From Monocercomonoides exilis PA203 (taxonomy: Eukaryota > Protista > Preaxostyla): a DNA stretch of 64,000 nt. The notes beneath the pieces are model-generated. The model was not told the origin of the DNA. It worked only from the letters and a program-made list of their open reading frames with translations, and made no database searches. The position numbers were made by a program, and so were the translations under genes. Every line of letters starts with the position of its first letter. Within the stretch, counting starts at the first letter, position 1. Below, piece by piece: positions 23,801-35,200 of this stretch. The stretch spans positions 806,001 to 870,000 of the forward strand of contig LSRY02000031.1 of the NCBI GenBank assembly GCA_001643675.2. The letters run 5' to 3'.

Positions 23801-26800
23801 TCGATGAAACAAATATGAATTCACTCCTGAACCCGAACATTCTCCTCAGCAGATCCTCTTCATCCCCATAATTGTCTGCTGTGCATCCCCATATCGCCAG
23901 CTCCCTCACAAATGGCTCCCCGAAGTTTATCAGGAACTGTGACTCACTTATCTGAGAATCAAGGTCTGTGCACTTCACAAACACATCCCTCCCCTTCGAT
24001 GCAACATTCCGAAGGAATGTGATGTTCGACAGCACAAATGGCAATGCCTTCTGTGAGACACTTTGTGATTTCAAAAACATCCCTCCGCCTCTCCCAATAT
24101 TCGAGCAGAAACACCCTGTCACATTTGTGTGATTCACTTCCAGTCTCCCCCTCTCTTCGAGAAGGAAAAACATCCCTCCTCCTTCATGAGAACTTGTCGA
24201 TCCACAATTGTCAATTGTCGAATTCCATATTTTCAATCTCACTTCATTTGAAATGTCACAACAAAGCAACGAAGGGTTGCTTGTCACGTTGTGCTTCACA
24301 TTCGCAAATGTGCATTGATCAAACAGAATATTCCATATTTCCCCTTCATTATCATTCCCCCTTCCAGGAATCACACTTTCACTCATCGCAATAGCACTTT
24401 TCCCACTCAATGAAATATCTTCAAAGGACACATCGCTCATGGTTGTCACACAATCAGCTGATATGCTCATAATCTCATGCATCGTTGAGAATCCAGCTAT
24501 TTCTGTATTTTCAATCGAAACAATTCCTTTCAATGCACTGATCAGAACAAATGACACCGCACTTTCAGCATTGCCAATTGCGTGAATTGAGCATCCAATA
24601 ACACTCGTTTTGATTGCATCTGAACCTGTCTGGATGAGGATATTTGCTCCGTTGTCAAAGGCACTGGGAATCAGAATCCCCAATTCACTGAACTGAACAA
24701 CCCCTTTGCATTCAACAACAGCATCCCCATTCCCTTCAATTGTTTGAGCAAATTGGATTTTATCTGACTCACCATTTGTTCCTTCAACCTTCATCCCACT
24801 CATCTCAATCACACTCCTCACATCACAAATCCCCTGAACTGCGATTGATTCAATCCCCAAGTCACTCCCTCGCTTCACTCCATAATCAACAGATCGGCAT
24901 GGATACTCCAACAACCCACACACAACAACATTGTTTCCTTCCTCTGCAATATACACACTCGATCCAACAGATTTCCAGAAATAGATCAGCGGGATTGCAC
25001 ATTCCTTGTCTTCTCCATCATACCCCTTCATCGAATCTTCTGTCAGCAACTCCAGTCTGTCTTTCACAAATGGAAGTGTTTCGTTCTTGATACTCTTGGC
25101 AAGTGATGGAGATGAAATGAACAGATCCTTCCCATATTTTGCGTTGTTTGGTTTGTCAGATGAAAAAACAGGTGAGGATATCACAAAGCCAGCTTTTCCT
25201 TCTTCTTCTCTCAGTATCTTCAGCATTATTCCTCCTCCATATCCAACACTTCCCTCTTCATATGGTGCTCTGCAACAATAAAACGAACACATATTAATCA
25301 ACAGATTCGTTTCTGAAGATGCTTCACAAAATAGTGCACCTCCTCCAATCTCAGTTCCCTCCTCTCCAGTAATAGCACACCCTTCAAATGTGCAGTCATC
25401 TATTTTCACTTTGAAATCTCTTCCATCATCATCATCATCCTTATTGTTCACAATGCTGATGCATCCTCCACTTCCCTGTGAACGAGCGATCGATGAAAAT
25501 GTGCATCCTGATATCTCTTCAATAATCCCCTCGTGGCACTCAACAACACACCCATCACCAAATGTGACCACTCCAAAATTGCTTTTCGTCATATTCATCG
25601 AAGGCACACTTTCTGCATTCCCTTCAACAACAAATATCGATGAATCTCCAATTTTCATATTCTCTGATCCAAACTCACTCACCTCCACAACCCCTCCAAC
25701 AGCCTTCACAAACACTGTCGAAACAGTCTCAGTGCCTCCTTCCATCCCACATCCATTCAGTGCAAGCTTCCCTGAATGACACTCAAACACACTTTCATGA
25801 AATGTCAGTGATTTCTTCAAAGAAAATACAATGCCAGTCACACACACAGAAACTGTGTTTTCAATCAATCCACTTTGAGCTCCCTCTTTCTGATCAGAAA
25901 CATCACACTTCATCTCATTCTCTTTGGATGCAATGCTCCATTCATTCGAAGTCAACCCCAATTCCTCCTCAAAGACAAATGGCTCAAGAAGAGCAACATC
26001 CTTTTTCTTCCCTTCAAAGTGGAGTGACACTGCCTTCAAAATGGATGAACACGGAAACTCTTCAAATCCACACTTCGAGAAATCATGGCTCAATGATCCT
26101 CCCCCGACAAACGCTGGCGCTGAAAAGTTGTTCCACAAATAGATACACAGTGGAATTGGAAACGATTCATCCCCATTTTCATATCCTTGCATCTTGCTCT
26201 TTGTTTCCAATGAAGCTGTCAATGAAGTGATCTTCTCACTTGTTGCAGTTGATTCCAGATCGATTGAGTCAACAAAAATGTCACTTCCCCATCTGGCCCT
26301 GTTCCCTTCAAATCCTGATGAAATCAGAAAGTCTGCACTTATGTCTCTCACTTTCAGCCCAATCCCTCCTCCTCTCCCTTGTGTGGCTGATGCATAACAG
26401 TTCTTCACAATGCCTCCTTTCACATTCAATGAACCAATATTCCCCATTTCAGCCATCATTCCTCCTCCAAGCTCACAGTCTTCACTTCCACAACCATCAA
26501 TCGTGCATCCTTCAAGAGTTATCGAATGTGACCCTTCACCCACACTCATCAGCGATGATCCTGCTGTTGTTCTCACAATGTTGCTGAGCACACATTTATC
26601 CAGAGACAATGTCACAGATGATTCTTGAAGCAGAGATATCACACTTGTGGTGCTGAATGTTTGTTCCCATCTCACATCTTGCATCTTCAATTCTCCCCCC
26701 TCCAGTTTCACAAGTGAGTTCTGAATGCTCCTCTCTTCTGAATGAGCTGCATCCATCGAGATGTTCATTCGCTTCACATCCATCAACCCATTTCCCTCAA

Positions 26801-28712
26801 CCTCAAACAGTCTGCATTGCCTGTTGTTTTCAAACGATGTATTGTGAACAATCGACAGATCGCTCACACTCAATTCCCCTGTTCCGACACAAAACAGACT
26901 CAGTCCATTTGATTCAAATTTTGTTTCAATGGATGAACCAGCTGAAGAAACCCCATTCACAGTGATTGTTTTCTCCCCAACATCAACTCCTTTTCCTTCC
27001 ACAACTGTTCCACTCAACACTTTGATTTCCTCTACAAAACCCTCAATCATTTGAGACAGGCAATGACTGACTGTCGAGCATGCACAACTTTCATTCAATC
27101 CGCAAAACACTGAATTTTCAACCTGAGGTTGGGTAAGTGTTGGAGAAACAAATCTGATTCGTCCTTCAGAATTGTTAAGCCATTCGCTTTTATCAATATT
27201 GTTTGCAACAACAACAGTTCTTTCTTTTGTTGAAGTGAAACAGGTTGAATCAATTGGATTGGTTTGAGCATCTGATAATAATAAATCGATGCCACTTTCA
27301 GGAGTCTTATTTTTGTGAAAAAAACAAAAGCTAAGTAACGTTCCATTATTCTTAGAAGTAATAATCGTTCCCAATCCACCTCCAGTGTTTCTTACGATAC
27401 TACAATAAATGAATAAACAATTTTTGAACGAAATTTTATCTGAGGGCTCCCAATGCTCAACTGCTCCTCCAACTCCAGATGCATATCCAACAGAACAACA
27501 ATTACTGAAAATACAATTTTGAACGCTATCATTTGAAATAAGAGAGAAACATCTTCGAATGCCCAAACCCCCTCCATCATTGTTGGAAACACAGTCTTGA
27601 AAAATGTTGTTGATACAAAAAAGTTGAGTTGAAATATTAATCACTTGAACTCCGCCACCACCACCATCAGAGGATAGCATCGCACATGAACATTCAGAAA
27701 AGTTCGAATTTTGAACATAGCATTCAGCTATTGAAACAGCATAAATGCCTCCTCCAAATGTGGAATTTGCTTTACACTTGAAAAATGAACATTTTGAAAC
27801 AATGAGTGATGTCGTTTTGTTACTATGCATATAAATCGCTCCTCCGCATGCAGCTTCACATTCGACCCATTCACAATATGAAAAATCTGAAAAAATCGTT
27901 GAATCAATATGCGATGTGTTTTTGAGAACACTATCTGATCTCTTGTTTTTGAAAAATGAACAATTGTTTCCCGTGAACGATTGAGATCTTTTTGATGCAC
28001 AAAAAATTCCTCCTTCCATCGTGTTTAAAGAGGAAACAACAGAACAATCACATATGTTACTTAATGCACATAATTTGTTGTATGTTTCATGTTGTTGATT
28101 GAGCGCATTGTTACTAATATTAACAAAAGAGCAAAATTCAATCTTTTCAAAAAAGCATCTTCCAGCTCTCAGGATGCTTGAATCTGTTGACACAGTCAAA
28201 GATGAAAATTGTGAAAAGCCAAGTTCTATTGAAGTTTTATCATCCTGAGAAAAAACCATAGGAGGAAAAAACTTACTGTCGAATGAAATAACAGAAACAT
28301 TGTGCATATGGACAGATCCGTCTGAACATGTGATTGGATGATTGTATTTCTCATACTGAAAGATCAAGGAACAAAATAATGTTAAATTTGAATGTTTAAT
28401 CATTATTGATGAGCTGTTATATGCATGTGAGTTAAATGTCATCAAAACAATTTTCAAAGAACTGTTGGAACTGATAAATTGAGCATCTATCAAACAGATT
28501 TTCACACTTTGAGATTTTTGTTTGAACAATCCTGTTTTTTCACAGTTTTTTATTATTGATTTGTCAAAAGTCATGCACAGTTTTGAAGGAAAGATGCTCA
28601 CAGAAGACAATTTATCAAAAGCGTTGTTTGATCCAAAATACAACAACTTTGCATCAAACTCATTGATTTCTTTCAAAAATACGATGTTGAAAATAATAAT
28701 TGAAAGAATCAT
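20865..28712 (-). CDS. Giant receptor-like protein (2615 aa): signal peptide, Cys-rich GGA/GGG-repeat beta-helix-type ectodomain with 4 large modules, single TM, cytoplasmic degenerate kinase domain
   Basis: Uninterrupted 7.8-kb ORF. Repeated F..C...GG(A/G)(I/L/V) motifs resemble polymorphic-membrane-protein/pectin-lyase-like repeats. TM WLLIVIVLVVILLIVLIVSVVLAI. Kinase C-lobe motifs RWKAPE, VFSIGMMVWECVTLEIPF, GERP and ERVTL. No HRD, DFG or GxGxxG. Confidence 0.88.
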   Translation of the reverse strand: MILSIIIFNIVFLKEINEFDAKLLYFGSNNAFDKLSSVSIFPSKLCMTFDKSIIKNCEKTGLFKQKSQSVKICLIDAQFISSNSSLKIVLMTFNSHAYNSSSIMIKHSNLTLFCSLIFQYEKYNHPITCSDGSVHMHNVSVISFDSKFFPPMVFSQDDKTSIELGFSQFSSLTVSTDSSILRAGRCFFEKIEFCSFVNISNNALNQQHETYNKLCALSNICDCSVVSSLNTMEGGIFCASKRSQSFTGNNCSFFKNKRSDSVLKNTSHIDSTIFSDFSYCEWVECEAACGGAIYMHSNKTTSLIVSKCSFFKCKANSTFGGGIYAVSIAECYVQNSNFSECSCAMLSSDGGGGGVQVINISTQLFCINNIFQDCVSNNDGGGLGIRRCFSLISNDSVQNCIFSNCCSVGYASGVGGAVEHWEPSDKISFKNCLFIYCSIVRNTGGGLGTIITSKNNGTLLSFCFFHKNKTPESGIDLLLSDAQTNPIDSTCFTSTKERTVVVANNIDKSEWLNNSEGRIRFVSPTLTQPQVENSVFCGLNESCACSTVSHCLSQMIEGFVEEIKVLSGTVVEGKGVDVGEKTITVNGVSSAGSSIETKFESNGLSLFCVGTGELSVSDLSIVHNTSFENNRQCRLFEVEGNGLMDVKRMNISMDAAHSEERSIQNSLVKLEGGELKMQDVRWEQTFSTTSVISLLQESSVTLSLDKCVLSNIVRTTAGSSLMSVGEGSHSITLEGCTIDGCGSEDCELGGGMMAEMGNIGSLNVKGGIVKNCYASATQGRGGGIGLKVRDISADFLISSGFEGNRARWGSDIFVDSIDLESTATSEKITSLTASLETKSKMQGYENGDESFPIPLCIYLWNNFSAPAFVGGGSLSHDFSKCGFEEFPCSSILKAVSLHFEGKKKDVALLEPFVFEEELGLTSNEWSIASKENEMKCDVSDQKEGAQSGLIENTVSVCVTGIVFSLKKSLTFHESVFECHSGKLALNGCGMEGGTETVSTVFVKAVGGVVEVSEFGSENMKIGDSSIFVVEGNAESVPSMNMTKSNFGVVTFGDGCVVECHEGIIEEISGCTFSSIARSQGSGGCISIVNNKDDDDDGRDFKVKIDDCTFEGCAITGEEGTEIGGGALFCEASSETNLLINMCSFYCCRAPYEEGSVGYGGGIMLKILREEEGKAGFVISSPVFSSDKPNNAKYGKDLFISSPSLAKSIKNETLPFVKDRLELLTEDSMKGYDGEDKECAIPLIYFWKSVGSSVYIAEEGNNVVVCGLLEYPCRSVDYGVKRGSDLGIESIAVQGICDVRSVIEMSGMKVEGTNGESDKIQFAQTIEGNGDAVVECKGVVQFSELGILIPSAFDNGANILIQTGSDAIKTSVIGCSIHAIGNAESAVSFVLISALKGIVSIENTEIAGFSTMHEIMSISADCVTTMSDVSFEDISLSGKSAIAMSESVIPGRGNDNEGEIWNILFDQCTFANVKHNVTSNPSLLCCDISNEVRLKIWNSTIDNCGSTSSHEGGGMFFLLEERGRLEVNHTNVTGCFCSNIGRGGGMFLKSQSVSQKALPFVLSNITFLRNVASKGRDVFVKCTDLDSQISESQFLINFGEPFVRELAIWGCTADNYGDEEDLLRRMFGFRSEFIFVSSIVENSSDSKQCGEMKSTCSSLNVGVSHIIPSDYSQLFVWNETELTGSCSAEKVTIKSMEASRNGEIKVKEIELGSEGVVRTSESVRFENVSFVFGGMGNIVCSCLMHQLNGSLILESVSFLSESRTTENTQIIFDFSLIVVEEGLFEAEKCIVGHLSFSNPVFEILSSERATFEDVGVDDVECRSSLIECGKSEKVSISKLAATNIELEERSLISLENSHSSLVLSLILSSFTNISRSSDGSCIVCTSQPMIGFEMCNCSFHECTSESPKGSQVTITNANKMLIDLCVFEGNLETGTEVNGVADEVCKWNGSVVDLSMSEAVVRDTTICNSSKGGMSVSGGSVTIEKGEFVNNNPSIVNYQSVRRNIICLNSASLTISSLKGGDGVKDNSSLWILNEGCNFEGIISERASPFFIPVLENVEAKEVGEEVEIVFKGKELLPCNLSFMVVRQMGKEKQIEKHGFDESGYVSEIEVEGRLSKEMITEAGEGVEVSVCILFGDGNNPSSTDSFIVKNKSESKTNGEGKLVEGRKEGKSYWLLIVIVLVVILLIVLIVSVVLAIRWRRAKNEAKDLREIVNDTVKKDPKAFEMVTMEMSPEDQWRRAKREAEKKNEERMKKRVYEKTLGHSESSEHLLSESGSTEYILGRDSDKIPEWMLEKVDETEEETRKRTQSPSISSTCSTDSDSTFVRGEDLCPTTSSMSNLVDAMACSSPHEKLIVDLRDSLFMLLHGRNKTKEMAIGSLKEREQTAAQVLFWVANLALHSFEEMENPLQSLANLSPHIVLFSEHMVICIVMHSDLLSDDDSDSSSISSSTVVTSASDDGDDDESDSLPSSAFEEDENAFKKECLRWKAPELQMSKKMGATKESVVFSIGMMVWECVTLEIPFGEYEGVVAGQKIVNGERPKVEKMGGSSLRELEEKCVAQGWDERVTLGDVKRELFMKMPMGSMFVTASDALDIGDGSRCEEADSEDTDGSFSRME

Positions 28713-30517
28713 TTCATATTAGTTATTGAATACTTCGAAGAATGTTTGGAATGAAAGTTAATCTTGTTTCAAAAAAAATCAGTCTGATAGTCTGCAAAAA
28801 AAAAATTGAATATTTCAAGTTTGAACTTTTTTCAATAAAAAGGTCAATGATGTATTTGGAACATATTTTTTTTATTTCAGAAAAATTATTATGTTTTGTT
28901 TTGTCATTTTTTTGAAGTTTTGTAATTATTCGTCTGGAATTCTCATGCAAATACTGTGACAAAAGTTGTTGTGCAATATTTGACCGAGAATAAATTATTG
29001 GAAGTATGATAACTGCATAATTGCTGAATGTATTATTATTCTTTTATTCTTTCGTTTCATGACATTCCACAAAATCATTTGTTTGCTTTGAAAAATTCAA
29101 AATAAATTTTTTTATATTCCAACTATTGTCAAGAAAATAGATTTTCATGAAAGAAAATAATCATTTTCATGATGAAAGAAATTCTGGCAAATGGGTATGA
29201 TACGACCAGTGAAAAATTTATATCATAACGATTTCTTTTTCATATTCCTTCCAGAAAATAATTAGTACAATGAAGATAAAGTCTATTTTTATCATCAATT
29301 TTTCACAGAAAGAAACTTTTAATTTTTTCTATTTTTGAATCATGATAAAAAATTTATTTTCGTATTGAAGCCCTAATGTCTTTATAAATGAAGAAAAAAT
29401 GAAATTTCTTTTCGGGTTAACCCTAATTCATAGAGTTCTGTTGTTAAAATTAGTTTGTAGAGAAAAAAAAACCAAAAAGAAAACATGATCAAGTTATATG
29501 ATGGGCTTGATCAAATTTTTGAATCTCTTAAAGATTTATTTCATTGGAAGATAATTTTATTTTTGAATAGAATTTCAGAACTGATCTTAATTAATGAGTT
29601 CGTAAAGCCCAGTTTCGATTCAGTTTTTGGAGTTTACAAGTGAAAAATTATTACTGGACGTATAATCCCCTTTTGCCGAAATTCTTTCAAAATTTCAAAG
29701 CAAAAATACATTCATGAAACAAGAAAAACGGTAAAAGGAAAAAATATCAGAACTCTCAATTATGCACAAAAAACTGAAAAAGATATTTCCGTTCGATATT
29801 GAAACATTTAAAGAATTTTCAGTTATCGAAAAGCCTTTGAAATTGAATTATTAATATTGGCAAAGTCAAAAAAAGAATAATCTATTTATTATTATCAAAA
29901 GAGTTTTACGGAAATTTTTGAAGAAGGAAAAAAACAGTCAAACCGTATATCAATCGAAAAAGATCTTCCATGAAAAAAAAACATTGGATTTGTTTTTCCA
30001 ACGTTTCAAGTGTTCAATGCTAAAAATTACTCAAAATGAGAAATGCAAGGAATAATGAAAAAGAAGTCGAAGGAAAAAAGTATTTTTGATGTCAAACATG
30101 CGAGAAAAAACCTCAATATTTTAGTATTTCTTTTTTTTTTCAAAAATGAAACTACCAATAAATATTGTTTTACAGATTCTATTGCACTATTGATTTTGTA
30201 CTGGATTGAAATCAATTCAATAACTGATATGTGTTTCATATCCAACTATTGGTTATTGAACAAGCGTTGCACGAGTTGTTTGAACACAAACACAGAATGA
30301 AATGTTGTCAAAATTTGAATGTTAATTTATGAATTCAAATATTTATTTTCAAAAACTTCGGTTTGAGAATTCACTTCGAATATCGATAAATTCATAATGT
30401 GAAGTTATAACTCATTTTAATGTTAATTTCAACATGACAAAAACCTTTGATATCGTTATTTTTAACAATTTTCATGCTTTTTTTCTTTTTGTTGTCTTAT
30501 TTTTTTCCAAAGAAATA

Positions 30518-30968
30518 CAGTCTAAACCGGATATAATCACATCGGTTTTTGCACAACTTTTTGTGACTATATCAGATTGTGATAATACACGATGCTGCTT
30601 TACACAGAAAAAAATAAAATTTAATTTATTAAATAATTAATTTTGGGTCAAATTTTTTTATTTTTGAAACTTCTTCATTTTAACGAATTTTTCAATAGAA
30701 ATAACAATTTTTTTCATTAATACACATTATTTAAACTTATTTGAGCATATTTTTGAAAAAGTGAAAAATTAAATTTTTTGATCAAAAAATCGATTTTTCA
30801 TTGAAAAAAGCACCCATAATAATAAAAAATGTGATTATAAATATTTAGTCCTGTGATTATATGCGATGAAAAATGAATGAAAAACAAGCAAAAAATGTCA
30901 GTGCATCGAAAAATGTGACTATAGGCGAATGTGATTATATTCGACGTGATTATATCCGGTTTTGACTG
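30518..30968. mobile_element. 451-bp MITE with 27-bp TIRs (Tc1/mariner/pogo-like termini)
   Basis: cagtctaaaccggatataatcacatcg (30518-30544) vs cgacgtgattatatccggttttgactg (30942-30968), 2 mismatches. TA precedes the left end and CA follows the right end. Multiple subterminal gtga(t/c)tata motifs. No convincing coding capacity. Confidence 0.8.
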
Positions 30969-31029
30969 CAAAACTTTTGTGGAATAAACACTCAGAAAAA
31001 TGTTATGATTTCAAAAATTATCACACATT

Positions 31030-31675
31030 TGGAGAACCATGAAAATGTGTTGATATTGACGAGGCTATTTTTTAGAAAAGGAAATTTGAAAGAGGAAAAA
31101 AGAAGGATTTGTTGATGATTTTCGGAGGAGTTGAGAGGAAGGAAGGAGGAAGATCTGGAACCAATTTTGAAATCATTGTTTCAAAAAGGAAGGATGAGAC
31201 ATTGGTTCCAATTATTCAAGAAAGGATATCAGCAGGCACAACAATTATTAGTGATGAATGGAAAAGCTATAATTGTTTGAAAGATATTGGTTATGAACAT
31301 ATTACGGTCTGTCATAAAAGGAACTTCAAAGATCCAGAAACAGGTGCATGTTCCAATACCGTGGAAGGGTTGTGGAGTCATTTAAGAGCATTTTTTCCAA
31401 AGCATGGAGTTAGAAAAACATTCATTGCAGATTGCTTATCCATGTGGCTTGTTCAAAGGAATCTTAAACCGAGTTGTGCTGATATTTTGCAAAAGATGAT
31501 CCAATTTTTAACAGAAGAAAAACCCATTATTGAAGATGAAGAAATAAGTTATTCTGAAAATGAAGAAATTCCTGACACCGACGATATTCTACATGAGCCT
31601 TATGATGCTGAAAATGAAGAAGATTCAAAAGGCATTGATGACGGAGAGGATGCTTCTAATTATTCTGATGAATAA
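31030..31675 (+). mobile_element. Decayed ISXO2/IS1595-like (Merlin) DDE transposase fragment
   Basis: Upstream broken VDIDEAIF, then IFGGVER, TIISDEWKSY, HITVCH..F.DPETGACSNTVEGLWSHLR and an acidic tail. Confidence 0.82.
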
Positions 31676-32278
31676 GCAGAAATTTTCATTTGATCAGCTT
31701 GAATAAAAAATTAGCGAAAGTTTTTTTAAACGTTTTCCGACAACTTTTTTCTGATTTCAACACTTTATTGACACAAAAGAAATCAATATAAACAAGAATA
31801 ATCATTATTTGAAAGTTCGGATATTCTTTTAATTTGCACAAAGAATTATTTTGAATAACTTCTTTGAATAAAAACACTATGTTTAAAAAATCGCCAAAAT
31901 ACTCATATCTGAAAAAAAAATCACAAAAGTTATTAAACGATTCGGGAAAAAAAATGTTTCGTCAAGTGTTCAATTTGAAGGAAAAAGGAAAAAATATGAC
32001 TATTTAATATTTTTTTTAATTCAAAATTTTCACGAAAGTTATTTTTTCAAACAATAATTTAATACACTTCTGAATCTTTTAATTCAGAAATCTTCTCAAA
32101 CGCTTTTCATCTTTCACTGAATTCACCTTTACATTCAATCTAAAAAATATCAAAATCTTTTCTTTCCACCAAAATAAAACTTTTATTGTCCATTCATGAG
32201 TTTTAAACATTTGAAATATTGAAAAATAAATTAGAAATAATAAAGCAGCAATTTCAAAATTGAATGAAATCATGAATT

Positions 32279-35200
32279 TCATTTCTTTCCTCTCTTCATT
32301 GTGCCAGAAGTTTCAAATGAATCCAATTTCCATTTTTTTCTTTTGATTTCAGTAATTCTTTGTGTTTCTTCTGGTGAGAACTTCAAAATGATTGCAAGAA
32401 TTTTGAACATTTGTTGCTGAAATTTTCAAAAGAATATCAAAAAATTTATTTATAAAAATGAAAAAAAAAAAAATATTCATAAAACAAATTGAATAATAAA
32501 TACATTAATTTATTTAAAAAAAAAATGTCTTTTTCACAAAAAGCACAATTCACAATTGAAAATTTCTCCATTCAGCTCATTCATTCATTCATTCATTCAT
32601 TTAATTAAAAAAAAAAAATCAGAAACAGTAATATACCTCCAGCTTCTCTTCCGTTATCAGCTTCAGTATAATATTCTTCAAATAAGTCAAATCGATGCTT
32701 TCCCTTGACTGCATCCTTCTCAGCTCGCTTATCTCATCTTCTGCTGCTTTGAGGCGCATAACCAGTGCGTTCAGCTTTTCCTCTGGTGAAATGTCCTCCT
32801 CTTCGGAAGATGAAGAGAAATGCTGAGAAGAAAGTGGAGTTAACAATGCAGAAGAAGAGGCTGTTGTGGTTTCATGTGAAGAAGAAGAAGGAGAAGGAGA
32901 AGGAGAAATGGAAGCGGAAGGAGAAGGAGAAGGCGAAGGTGAATGTAATGAAGCCTGAGAAGGGAGTTGTCCAGAAGAAGAAGAAACCAATGATGTGGAT
33001 GAAGAGCTTGATGAAGATGCAGTAGAAATTGAAGTGATTTTTTGAGTTGCTTTCAAAGCAAGAGGCGATGGAACGATAGGAGAAGAGGCAGAAATAGAAG
33101 GGAAGACAGAAGATAGAGAAGATAAGAGAGGCGTTGAAGAAGAAGAAGAGAGAGAAGAAGAGGAAGTTGAAGAGGAAGAGGAAGAAGAAGAATTTTGCTG
33201 ATGTGGAGTCTTTGGTGTGTTTATGTTTGTGGCTGAAGTGGAATGCATTGGGGACATCAGAGCAGTGGAATGAAATGAGTTCTGTTTTGATGAGCTGAAA
33301 GAAGGTGAAATGGAAAAGGAAGAAGAAGAAGAAGAAGAAGAAGAAGACTTCAACAGAGAAGAAGGCTCCAAGCAATTTGTGGAGTTCGCATTGAACTTGC
33401 TTGAGTACTGTGAATAAAGCGACTCAATCAGCTTTTCAGCTTCATCAAGGCGTTTTTGAACAGCTTGCATCTCTTTCTCCTTCTCCTCCAGTTTCTGTTC
33501 AAGATTTTCTTTTGCCAATTTCACTTCGTTTCTTTCATTTTCCAGCTCATTTTTCAAATTCTCTTTCTCTTTTCTTTCTTCCTCCAAATTTGCAGTCAAC
33601 TCCTTTTTCGTTTCTTCCCATCGATTCTTCTTCTTCTCGCTTTGTTCTTTCAACAAGCTCAACTCTTCTTCCACATCCTTTCTTGCCTTTTCAATTTCCT
33701 CCATTTTCTCCTCTTTCTCTCTCATCTCCTTCTTCATCTTCTCTTTCTCTTCTTCTGCTTCCATCTCCTTCGCCCTCTTCGCTTCTTCCGCTGAATCTCT
33801 TTCGTCTTCTGTCTTCCTCAAAATCGCTTCCAGTTTGTTCATTTCCTCTTTATTTTGCTTCTCCACTTCTTCCATCTTCTTCTTCCTCATCCTTTCTCTT
33901 TCGCTTTCCTCTTTTTTCATTTGAGAAATTATCTTCTCTTTCTCTTCTTTCTCTCTCGCTACTGATTCTTCTTTCTCCTTCTCCATCTTCTCCTTCTCTT
34001 CTTCTCTTTCTTTCCTCTCACTTTCCATTTCTTTCTTCAATTCTTCCACTTCTTTCATTGTTTTCTCAATCAAAACCTCTTTTTCTGCCAACAACCCTTC
34101 CTTTTCCTTCAACATCCCTTCCTTCTCCTCCTTCTCCTTCTTCATTCCTTCCTCTGCTGCTTTCCTCTTCTGCCTCTCTTCTTCCACTTCCTTCTTCAAA
34201 CCCCCTTCAATCTCCCCAACTTTCGCATGATGCGACAAAAGCTCTGCTTCAATCGCTTTTATCTTCTCCTCTTTCTCCTTCAGCCTCTTCTCAAACACTT
34301 TTGCATTCTCTTTGTTTTCCTTCTTCGCCTCTTCTTTCTCTTTGTTCATTGCTTCCAATCTTCGATACACTTTCTCTGCTTCTTGTTCAGATGCATCGAT
34401 TTTCCTTTGCAATTTTTCGGCTTCTTTTTCTTGCTTCCTTCTTTCTTCTCTTTCATTCTCGACTGATTTCCTCAGAATCTCTCGTTCTTCTTCTCCAATT
34501 TCGATTTCTGTTTGAAGTTTGCTGGTTTTCCTTTCATTTTCTGCTATTTTCCCTTTCATTTCCTTCAAATTCGCATGCAATTCTTCGTTTTTCCCTTTCA
34601 AATCCTCTGCATTTTTATTCATTTCCTCCTCTTTCTTTTTCCACGCTTTCTCTTTCCTTTGAAATTCTTCTGCCTCTGCCTTTCTTTCATTGCTCTCCTT
34701 CTTCTGCCCTTCTAAAAGTAATTTTTTCTCCTCTTCCAATCGTTTAATCTTCGCATCCTTTACCAAACTCTGTTTTTTCATCTCTTCCTTTTCATTTGTA
34801 TTGTTTTGGATTAACTTTGAAATTTCTTCTTCTTTTTGCTGAAATTCAGCTTGTTTGTTTTTCAAAGAAACTTCCAAATTTTTGCTTTTTTCTTTCTCTT
34901 CTTCAAGCTTTTTCATTGCTTCTTGCTCATTTTTCTTGTTTTGCTCTTTTTCTTCTTGTAATTTTCCTTCTAGCTCTGTGATCCTTCTGTCTTTCGAGTC
35001 CATTTCTTCTTTCAATAAAAGCGTTTCATCAATCTTTTTCTTCAATTTCTCTTCCCATTTCATCTCTCTATTCTTCCATTCTTCTTCTCTTTTGCTTTCA
35101 GCTTCTTGCTTTTCTCCTTCATTCGCTTGAATAGATTTAAGATGTTCAACTTCATCCGATAAAGAATCATTTTTCATTTTCAACTGGGAAATTGTCGATT

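Noticed and set aside
32577-32600. (TCAT)n tandem repeat
   Set aside because: Ordinary intronic microsatellite. There is no spacer-repeat (CRISPR-like) structure anywhere in the window.
32765-35130. Numerous long antisense and alternative-frame ORFs (also over the ATPase and receptor genes)
   Set aside because: These are shadow ORFs caused by low-complexity GAA/AAG/TCT codon repeats and give F/S/L-rich translations with no motifs.
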